A stretch of DNA of 64,000 nucleotides from Octopus vulgaris (Eukaryota), in the NCBI GenBank assembly GCA_951406725.2, contig OX597818.1, forward strand, positions 26,536,001 through 26,600,000, in the 5' to 3' direction. How positions within the stretch are numbered: the stretch's first letter is position 1; the number at the start of each line of letters is the position of its first letter. A program made the translations under genes and the position numbers. This document shows, in pieces, positions 54,121 through 64,000 of the stretch. A model generated the notes under the pieces. The model was given only the letters and a program-made list of their open reading frames with translations. It did not search any database and had not been told where the DNA came from.

Positions 54121-56154
54121 TTCAAGCCAGTATGATAAAGAAATGGATTTTTAAAAGAGGATAATAATAATTTGTAACATAGACTAAAGGTCACAAAACT
54201 AATAATAATAATGCGTATGATGAACTCTTCAGCCTTTTGAAATATAGAATAATACAGTTAAGTTATAAAGATGAAAATAATTTTATTTCTATAATGTGGC
54301 TAGATGGATGTTACTTGCAAACATTGATACCAGTATTGTAAAAGTGAAATCACCATACCATCATAATTTTCTGAGACATTGAAAACAAAAATAATGTATT
54401 TATAATCTTTCTTATTACTAATCACTCATATAAATTATATGTAATTATATGTTTCCTTTCTTTGACCTTTTCTGACAAAGTTGACCTAAAATCATAAATA
54501 TTCCTTCATCTATACTGATAAAGGAAATTTTTTTTACATGCCCAGTGGTTGATAGGGGAGCAACAAAAATATATTATTGCATTAATATCTTTGGGAAGAG
54601 CACAAACATCATAATGTAAACCTTTTCCCTGAAATCTCTAAAAACAATAAGGCTTATCATTCTATGGTGAATTCTATTGATTATGTAAAAGCATGTAGAA
54701 AAACAAGTATTTGATGTTTGAATAATATTTTTTTCCCTCATGAGAAATTGGTTTATCAAATTTAACTTAACTTTTATTCCTCTCTCAAGAAGTCTTTTTT
54801 TTTATTTGTTTACTTTTTTTGCATGGGAAAATTGAATATACTCAACTTGTCTAGATATTGCTGCTGTTGTTAACCCTCCATACACACATACTACCACCAC
54901 TCAGCATTAGAGCATTCCAGCCATAATCTTCCTATCTTTTTATGTCATTGACTACATTATCCAATGTATTCTTTTTTTTCTAATGATAAAGTACAACTTG
55001 AGGAAGATATGGCTGCTATTTCTAGCTGGTCAAATGATTATGCCCCATTGGCTCATCATGATCATATAGGTGACAGTGAATGAAGTTGTAGAAATAGCAG
55101 TGCACCACAGTAATGCCTTTTAGTGTTTAATTATATTCCATACATTCTGAGTTTAAACCACAAGTTTTTTTAACCTGTTTTAGGATCAATAAAATATACA
55201 GCAGTCATATACTAGCTGATTAAATTCAGTTATATTCCTTCCACCTCTACAAGTTAGTGGGTTTAAGTCAATATAAGAAATTAACTTCAAGAACATTTAG
55301 ATTATATTGACTTCTTAAACTGCATAAAAGGACCTCGGATTTATATAAGATGAGAACTATGAGTGTGCAATGTTCATATTATTATGAACATTGTACACAT
55401 TAATGATACAAGTCAGGTGGATTGTCTCCGATTAAGGATGAAAACAAGGTTGAAAACCTGGCGCACAAGAAACTTTCCTCTACAATGTTCAATGCAAATT
55501 AAATAATTTAGTACACAATGGGAAAGCTTACTAGACATCGATTCAGTATTGTTATTTTACACAGCTGAGTGAATTTAAGGATATGAATAGAATAAAAATA
55601 CTACTAGGGAAAACTTCTAGAGGTTTTGTACCTTTAATGTTTTACAATGTATTATTTACATAGAATACGAAACCTATTTTTTACCCCCTCTTTTTTATGT
55701 TCTCTTAATTTTCTTATTATTTTAACTTTGGTATTTCATTTCTACTCTCTCTCTTTTTTTTGTTATTATTATTAGTATTTTTATTTTTTGCATGAAAGAA
55801 TGTTAAATAAGTTATATTTTTGTTTCTGTAACTATGAACGGAAGCTCAAACCACACCTACTTGAGTCATTCATGTCTTCTTGTTAAGGCTGAATTAAAGG
55901 AGCTATTCAGTAGAGTATGATGTTATAAAAATATCTTATCTACAGACCTTGATTATGAAATATATATCTTGGAAACAGAAATCTGTTCTTTCTTCTAGTA
56001 AGGTCAGTGATTCTGCTAGTCTCAAGACTTTACTTTGGACCTAGACTATAAATAAATGCTAGTGTTATTAATGACTTGAGTCTAAACACAGCTGTTCTGG
56101 GGCTGAAGTTGCAAATTCAACTTAGTTTATCAATCTTGAAGGAATTTTGGGGGA

Positions 56155-56329
56155 GGGAGCCAGTCAATTAGATCGACCCCAGTATGCAACTGGTACTTAA
56201 TTTATTGACCCTGAGAGGATGAAAGGTAAAGTTGACCTTGGTGGAATTTGAACTTGGAATGTAAGGAGAGACAAAATACCACTAAGTATTTCGCCTGGCG
56301 TGCTAAAGTTTCTACCAACTTGCTGCCTT
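56155..56329 (-). mobile_element. SINE family B
   Basis: ATCGACCCCAGT..CAACTGGTACTTAATTTATTGACCC..AGGATGAAAGGTAAAGTTGACC. Confidence 0.88.
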
Positions 56330-57525
56330 ATGACTAGCATAGTTGATGGTAGCTGGCTTTTGACTCAGACACATGATATTCAGCAATATACTGTAATTTG
56401 AATCTCAGCTCTCTGCCTAAAATGATAATAAAAAATTTTAACAATAATATAAATTATGTAATAAAAATATAAATTGTTTTTAAAGAAAAGAAAAAAATGG
56501 GCATTTTCATAAGAGTGCTTAACATTTTTCTAATACATCAAAAGATGATTCATTTGTTGAATTTACAAGACAGGAAACGATCACTTTTCCTTTCTAAAAG
56601 AAACAGTTGTAGCTAAGAATCAAAAACAAATTTTAGTGTCAGCTAATCCTAAATTTTCTACAGTCATATGTTGTTCAATAACAATGATTTCTTCAAACAC
56701 TTCCATATTTATAGAGAAGGAATTATAGGATATGCTTATCACAAGAGTATTGTTGGCATAATGAAAGTAAGATTATTCCAAACAAATTTTGAAATCAGGT
56801 CACAGTTTTACCTAGTCAAGATCTTACCTCTTTACTCTACAATAATGACAAGTATGATAATAAAATTTCTTTTGATGAAAACTCATTTCTGGAGAGGTAC
56901 TGATACTTTATTAACTTCAGAAGGATGAACAAGTGAAATGAATCAGAACATAATTTTCCCCACAAAATATTATGGAACAAAATAAAACTCTGTAAAATAC
57001 TCTGTTATTACTCAGAAATTCCAAAACTTCTGAATAAAGTGATAATGAGTATTATTTTAGTGGGTTTTACTTTCATTATGAACAACTCATTTTAGTAAAT
57101 CAATAATATACACCGCATTGTACACTGAGGATTCATTTCCATTAAATTGTTTGGTGGGTAGGATTGATTGTTATTCAGAGCCTTTTTAAATTCACCCATT
57201 TTATCATATCCTTTTTAAATTCAATCAGTTCAACCAGTTAGGAAAAGCAACTAAATCTTCCTCTAATCACAGCTTCCAAAAAAAAAAAAGACACTTTCAA
57301 CAATGTAATCTCTGATACACAAAAAAGTCAGACAAGATGGTCACATGTTGGAATGCCTTTGACCATAGATCTGCTAAATCAGTACTAAATTAGAACTAAA
57401 CAACAAAAATAATAGTGTAATAGTATTTATCAGTCATTAGATAGGTTCTTTATTTCTCAAGATTAAGGATAAAATTTTATCTTCTGGCTGATGTCAATAT
57501 TCATTGCAATATAAAAATAGATCGT

Positions 57526-58388
57526 GGATCTAGTTAAATTGATTCACAGAATCTGCATTTTTTAAAAGGAAATAAAAAGTCTGAGAATCAGTTATATTGA
57601 TGTAGTTTTCCACTTTTATAGCTGTGAATCCATGACCTTGTGGAGAAAAATTCGAGGAAAAAGTTGCAGAGGTTTAAAAATCGAAAAAACTGAGTATTTT
57701 TAGTCGTGTCAACTTTAAGGTTGTACCCTGATAAATTTATAGTTTAGTGAAATGACTTGTTACCTGTATTTACTTTATGCGTATTTCAGTATTATGTATA
57801 TCTGTCATGTACATCATTGATATATAAGTGCATGTGGATGTATGTATTCATATATAAGTTTATATGTACATGTGAATCGATTTAACTAGATCCCACACAT
57901 AAAACACAGACACACGCAACATACCAACATGCATACATATACACACACATACACATATGCACACATGCAAATACACATATATACCCCTCACACACACATA
58001 ACACATACATGCACACACATATACAACATGCACATGCATGCACACACATGAACGCACATATACCTCTCCTCACACACAACACCCACATACATGCATACAT
58101 ACATACACACACACACACATGTGTGGCACAGAGGAGGGTGAAGTGAAACAGAACACAATATGCAGTTGTCATGGTAACAAGCTGTTAATGTCTCACTGTC
58201 TATTGATTGGCTAAAATTATCCAAATCTCCCAACTTTAATTCCAAATAACATCAGGTTCTTTAATTTACGAGGTAAAGTAATTGGTTGATCATAATCAAA
58301 ATTCAGAGTTGCATCGATACAGCAAAATTGAAAGCAATCTGAGCAAAAATTAAAGGGGGCTGATTTTGTGAATCAGTTTAACTAGATC
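57526..58388. mobile_element. Non-autonomous DNA transposon with one left and two right TIR copies
   Basis: GGATCTAGTTAAATTGATTCACA (57526-57548) is inverted at 57871-57893 (22/23) and again at 58362-58388 (25/27 against 57527-57553). Confidence 0.75.
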
Positions 58389-59072
58389 TTAAATTGCCTG
58401 TACTTTTCAGCATTTGTTCCTTCAGCTAATATATTTCAGTCTGCAATACTTCACTTATATTTGCATATTCTCAATGTTCCAAATTTATTGTGAGGTTAAG
58501 TTTTGTAAATTTGACTTTTTTTTTTGTTGTAACCATACCAGATAATGTCAGTAGTACCATAGTTAAATAATGTTTCAACAATACAATTATATGGTCATGT
58601 ATTATATACAAGAAAATTTCAACATGTACCATACATAAAAAATTAGTAACAATTTAATTCTGTTCAATAACTGACCATTTCCTCTGATGACACTGGCTAT
58701 TATGCATTCAATTCTAAAAAGGAAATTTGCAACATTAGAGAATAAAAGATTATAGGCTTTGTTATTTGATCATTAGCAGTATTTAACATCACAGATCTTG
58801 TAAATATCACAAGGTTGACTATTAAGCATACTTTGTTCAGTTTATTCCTAAATCCTTCTGCTCACATTTCAACTGTTAATGGAATTGTATGATTTAAAAC
58901 AAGGAAATTTCAATGTAATCTTCAATTTCATGCTTTTAAAATAGTCATTTTTCACATAACTTTCCCCCACCCCATCTTTTACATTTTCATAAATCCAGAA
59001 GTGTTTTATTTTATTTATACCATTTGATTATATAGTTATATAGTTTCACTTGTGTTTGTTCTTTGCAACCTC

Positions 59073-59127
<55 letters not shown>

Positions 59128-59139
59128 TGTGTGTATGTC

Positions 59140-59697
59140 ATGTCAGTCAGTCAGTCATTATTCAGTTTATTTCAAGATTTCTTGCCAATAGAGAAAGAAC
59201 TGGTTTCTAACCAAGATCCAAGGTTCCTTCATTGGAATTTCAACATCAAGAACAGGGTATTTTTGTTTGTATGTATGTATGTTTTATGTATGTATTCTAA
59301 TGCATATAGTTACATATATAGACATGCTCACATATATTTAAATGATAAACTTCTGGAAAGTTTTACAGATTTTTACTGTTCCAGTGATGGATTGGAACTG
59401 TAGTCTTCAAACTAGTTTTCTCCGTTCTGATTTTGAGAAGCCTAATTTCTCAAGATTGGTATTTAGGCAGTGTGTTACATATCCCAGGGCCTCAATAAGT
59501 ACAGGTATAAACCTGAACTTGTAATCTGGATAGAGTAACTGCAGATTTCTTAATAGTTCTCTTTTCCACTGATCTTAACATCTGCTGGGCAGCTAATTTC
59601 CACAAATGTGCACTGTTTGTTTTCTCTATCCCAAATCATTATATCAGGTCTGTTGTGCTTACATTTTATTGAGGTCTTCACTGGTACATTCCACCAA
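59140..59697 (-). mobile_element. R4/Dong-clade LINE 3' end with restriction-like endonuclease domain
   Basis: WWNVPVKTSIKCKHNRPDIMIWDRENKQCTFVEISCPAD...LLRNLQLLYPDYKFRFIPVLIEALG...GTVKICKTFQKFII* carries the PD..D/E REL motif. (CTGA)n-like tail. Embedded in TG/TATG microsatellite. Confidence 0.9.
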
Positions 59698-60035
59698 TGT
59701 ATATACGTATGTGTGTATGTATGTGTGTGTGTGTATATATATATATATGAAATTAATCCAAAAAAATGAAGAAAAAAGCAACAATGCGAGGACGTGGTAC
59801 ATGCAAAGTATTAACAGATGCCCAGGGAAGGAAAAAAAGGTTGTTTTACAGGCAAAGCTCTTCTTCGGAAACAGGACAGAGGAAAGTCCAAGAGAAAAGG
59901 AAGATGGAGGGAAAAAAAATTGCCAAGAATTGTATAGTAATAAAAAAAAAAAAACACCTCGATAAGGTCATAACCAAAAACTACTTAAATGTTTGGCTGG
60001 CTGGAAATTTCTAATTTTATTTATACATTTTTAAC

Positions 60036-60312
60036 AATGCCTTGTGAGTGAATTTGGTGGACAGAAACTGTAAAAAGCTGATGTGTGTGTGTGTGTGTGT
60101 GCGTGTGCGTGCATGTCTTTGTGTTTGTCCCAGCCCAGCTGCTTGAGAACTGGTGGTGGTTTGTTTATGTCCTATTAACTTTGCAGTTTCAGCAAAATGG
60201 ACCAAACAGAACAAGTATCAGAGTTCAAAAAATAAGAACCAGGGTTGACTTGTTCGACTAAACCCTGCATACCCACAGTACAACAACTGAAACAAACAAA
60301 AGATAAAAGATA
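60036..60312 (+). mobile_element. SINE family A, 3' part
   Basis: GCCTTGTGAGTGAATTTGG..AGAAACTG..(TG)n..GTTCGACTAAA..ACTGAAACAAACAAAAGATAAAAGA. Confidence 0.85.
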
Positions 60313-61061
60313 ACAAATTAGTTTAGAAATAGGACATATATCTAACTGCATTAATTTAAACTGCTGTTACAAAAATAAGCAGTAATTGAGGGAATAATTT
60401 TAAGATTACTTATATAGGTTAAATAATCTCGTAGCCATGTCTTAACTTGGCTTTAGTAACTTCTGATTGAAATCAATTCTCTTCTGTAAAGTATGAATGA
60501 TTCATAGGCCCATTCACTTCCATACATATTTTATTTTTATCTTCATCATCATTGTTTAACATCTGCCTTCCATGCTTGCATGGGTTGGATGATTTGACAA
60601 GAACTGGCTAGGCAGAAGACTGCACCAGATTTCTGTGTCTGAATAATGTAGTTCTAGACATATTATCTGAAAATAAGGTAGAATGCTCGTGGTTAGAACA
60701 CTCTCAGCCATAAGGTTGTTTGATTAGGACTTATCTGTGGATTAAACCACATCAACAACTAAACTATGTATTTGAATACTCTCTCAGCACGTGACAAATT
60801 GCACATTCTTTTCCTTAGACTTACACATTTATGTAAAAATCATCATTTTGATAGCTTGAAATCCCTGGGGTGTTTGTGTGTAGCATATTAACTGCAAATC
60901 TCTAGCACAAGATATAGCACTGCACATATAATGCAGTAGCAGACTGCTGAACATTCAGCTAATCAGAAGACAGCACCATAAAAATCTATTGTATGTATTT
61001 AAAAGCTGTCAAAAGCTATATTAGTATTTGGATTAATTTGAAATGCAACACTAATGATTAC

Positions 61062-61323
61062 TTTATATTTGTCCCCAAGCCAAAGAGAGATCATCCATGT
61101 GGTTATAAGAACTGGTAAAAATAACAGCCAAATTACCCTCAAAACAATTCTTATTTTAATAAAAGCAATGACATATTAAGTCTTATATACATACATACAT
61201 ACACACACACACACACTCACCTTGGAGTGAAAATAAGTATTTTATATTTGTCCCCAAGCCAAAGAGAGATCATCTATGTGGTTATAAGAACTGGTAAAAA
61301 TAACAACCAAATTACCCTCAAAA
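61062..61323 (+). repeat. ~83-bp direct duplication (61062-61144 / 61241-61323)
   Basis: TTTATATTTGTCCCCAAGCCAAAGAGAGATCATC(C/T)ATGTGGTTATAAGAACTGGTAAAAATAACA(G/A)CCAAATTACCCTCAAAA occurs twice, with two differences. Confidence 0.92.
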
Positions 61324-62078
61324 GATTGCTTATGTTCATAGACCTGCTTGGTCTGGGCTAATCTGGGTTTAAACAAAACTAGAGGTAATGTAGCTTGCTG
61401 GATCTAACAACTTCATCCTTTCCAATTTTACCTTGAACCAACTAGGACATCATGTGGACATTCAATCTGCTAGAGGTAGTAGTCGTATTGCCCTCAAATC
61501 ATGCTTTATCATTCAAAATAACATGATTCATTTGATAAGTTGGTCTTGAATACATCATTCATTATTTGATGCCCATTTACATGCTGGCATGGGTTGGATT
61601 TAGTGAAAATAAGATGAGATAGTCATAGCAGGAATGGTTTGATCATAGGTCTGGTTTGATCAAAGTCATGTACAACTTCTATCCTCTTGTTTGTTTACAA
61701 TTTAACATATATGCATCATTTTCTTTCTTTCTTTTTATTCTTATGTCCTTCACTTGTCTTAATGGTTTGCTTTGAATTCCTTCTTCTTCATTGTTATCAT
61801 CATCGTCATCATCGTTGTCATCACCATTCTAATGTGCAGTTTTCCATACTTCCATGGGTCAGACAGAATTCATTTAAGCACATTTTCTATGCTAGATGCC
61901 CTTCCTGTTGCTAGCCTTCATTTGTTTTCAAGCAAGATAATATTTCCCCCATGCCAAACAATGGAAGATTGGAAATAAACTCCATTTGTATGACAGCAAC
62001 ACATGTTTATGACTATGACACAATGTAAAGCAAGAAGTCAAAATCACACACACATACCTATGCATACACATATGCATA

Positions 62079-62470
62079 GGCGCAGGAGTGGCTGTGTGGT
62101 AAGTAGCTTGCTTACCAACCACATGGTTCCGGGTTCAGTCTCACTGCGTGGCACTTTGGGCAAGTGTCTTCTACTATAGCCTCGGGCCGACCAAAGCCTT
62201 GTGAGTGGATTTGGTAGACGGAAACTGAAAGAAGCCTGTCGTATATATGTATGTGTGTGTCTGTATGTTTGTGTCTGTGTTTGTCCCCCACCCCACCATT
62301 GCTTGACAACCGATGTTGGTGTGTTCATGTCCCCGTAAGTTAGCGGTTCGGCAAAACAGACCAATAGAATAAGTACCAGACTTACAAAGAATAAGCCCTG
62401 GGGCCGATTTGTTCGACTAAAGGCGGTGCTCCAGCATGGCCGCAGTCAAATGACTGAAATAAATAAAAGA
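62079..62470 (+). mobile_element. SINE family A, full length, young
   Basis: tRNA-like head GGCGCAGGAGTGGCTGTGTGGTAAG...GGTTCCGGGTTCAGTC, central (TG) tract, tail GGCGGTGCTCCAGCATGGCCGCAGTCAAATGACTGAAA plus A-rich end. Confidence 0.95.
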
Positions 62471-62569
62471 AAAAAAATATATATATATATATATATTCAC
62501 ACACATATACATGTGTGTGTGTGTGTGTGTGTGTGTATGCATGTATGTATAAATGTATATATGTATATA

Positions 62570-62728
62570 TATGACAGGTTTCTTTCAGGTTCCACCTGCC
62601 ATATCCACTCATAAGGTTTTAATTAGCATGAGGCTATAGTTGAAGATGCTCACCCAAGGTGCCACACAATGGGACTGAACCTGGATCTATATAGTTGAAA
62701 AGTAAACTTCTTAACCACACAGGCATGT
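62570..62728 (-). mobile_element. SINE family A head, inverted relative to the 62079 copy
   Basis: GACAGGTTTCTTTCAG...CCAAGGTGCCACACAATGGGACTGAACC...AACCACACAG. Confidence 0.85.
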
Positions 62729-63570
62729 CTGTATCTCAGTATTAATGTATTTTTGGTGTCGTTCTTGTCCAGAGAAATTAAGTTTTTGCTATGTTGATTA
62801 AATTTAATTTTAGCCTTGTGGTTTTAAAAATATATGGTTGGGAATGATGCCAAGAGATATGTGTAGATATAGAAGCAATATCAATGAAAAACCATATATA
62901 TGTGTTTATCTGTATAAACTCCATTTGAATGTACACATATAAACACACCAGTCACATGTGTATACCTGTTGATTATGTGTGTATGTGTATCTGTGTGTGT
63001 GTGTGTGCGTGTGCGTGCTTGTAGTTGTAGTAATATTTATAGTCTGGGTATTCTATGAAAAGCATTTAACTAAAATCAGTGCTGTTTATTGACATTCCCT
63101 CTCAACAAAATTACTCTTTGGCATTTCACTTTGAGAAATGTGTGTAATGAATAAAAAAAAAATTCCTTTACTTGAAAAACATGGAAGGGCTAGAAACAGG
63201 AAGGACATCAGACTGTAAAACAATTGGCTCAATATGTATTCATCCAGCTCATGTTAGCATGGAAAAATGAATATAAAATGGAGAACAGACAAACGTATGT
63301 TTGTATATATATGTGTGTGTCTGTGTAAAATATCATCATCATCATCAATATTTAATATCCATTTTCCATGCTGGCATAGACAGGAACTGTCTATATCTTG
63401 ACAAGAACTGGCAGGCCAGGGGCCACACTAGGCTCAATAGTCTGTTTTGGCTTGGTTTCTATGGGTGGATGCCCTTCCTAATGCTAACCGCTTTACAGTG
63501 TACTGGTTGCTTTTTACATATGTGTGTGTGTCTTTGTATAAATGTATATACGTGTATAAGTGTGTATGTA

Positions 63571-63822
63571 TGTCAATGCTGTGTATGCCATAAGGTCTAC
63601 AAATCTAACAGAGGCCTCAAAAGACATTTTAAGATCCACAAAGATCAGAACTTAACTGTAGCTCTTGGTGGCCTAAATCAGATATGCAATCTATGTAGGT
63701 ATCTTTTCAGAACATTCTCTGGTTTAAAAGGCCACATCAGATGCCATGATAGATCTAAGGTGCAAGTACAAGAGGTTGTTAGACTCTGCATAAGGAGTAG
63801 ACAACCACCATGTATGTATGTA
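63571..63822 (+). mobile_element. Two C2H2 zinc fingers, most likely the 3' end of an RTE-type LINE, with (TATG)n tail
   Basis: CCVCHKVYKSNRGLKRHFKIH and CNLCRYLFRTFSGLKGHIRCH are in frame. No TGEKP linker and no splice acceptor. Bounded by TG/TATG microsatellites. Confidence 0.7.
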
Positions 63823-63824
63823 TC

Positions 63825-64000
63825 TTTCATCTTTTACTTGTTTCAGTAATTAGACTATGTTGGGACATAGCCTTGCAATATGTAACCTGAACAAGTTAAT
63901 CCAGTACTTGTTATTTTTTTTTAAGCCTGGTACTTATTCTATTGGTCTCTCTGCTGAACTGCTAAGTTACAGGGATGTAAACACTCCAACATAGGTTGTC
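63825..64000 (-). mobile_element. SINE family A 3' tail, running off the window end
   Basis: TCTTTTACTTGTTTCAGT...AAGCCTGGTACTTATTCTATTGGTCTC..GAACTGCTAAGTTAC..GTAAACAC. Confidence 0.85.

Noticed and set aside
59185-59250. Hammerhead-like CAATGA...GAAACCAGTTC in the R4/Dong 3' UTR
   Set aside because: The CUGANGA box is not matched and helices I and II do not close properly.

Overview
AT-rich, CpG-depleted eukaryotic DNA with no intact protein-coding gene that I can support. The repeat families are three tRNA-derived SINE types, RTE, CR1/L2 and R4/Dong LINE relics, non-autonomous Helitrons, mariner/pogo/piggyBac-type MITEs and kilobase-scale (TA)/(TG)/(TATG) arrays. From recall (not a database search) these look like the repeats of an octopod cephalopod. 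The window is probably part of a very long intron or intergenic DNA. The long Y/I/C/V/H/T-rich ORFs in the track are microsatellite translations. Signals not explained by repeats: (1) a textbook zero-length-exon / recursive splice junction, (Y)21-GCAG|GTAAGT, at 28676-28706 (+); (2) an isolated 45-codon insulin-degrading enzyme fragment at 25187-25321 (-), followed by a donor-like GT and an A12 run; (3) several degenerate minimal hammerhead-ribozyme motifs; (4) an inverted pair of old repeat copies with 26- and 29-bp perfect complementary blocks, a candidate dsRNA/ADAR substrate; (5) smaller hairpins, duplications, a 42-nt candidate exon and two motif clusters. Boundaries of degraded repeats are approximate. 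All family assignments come from remembered motifs.
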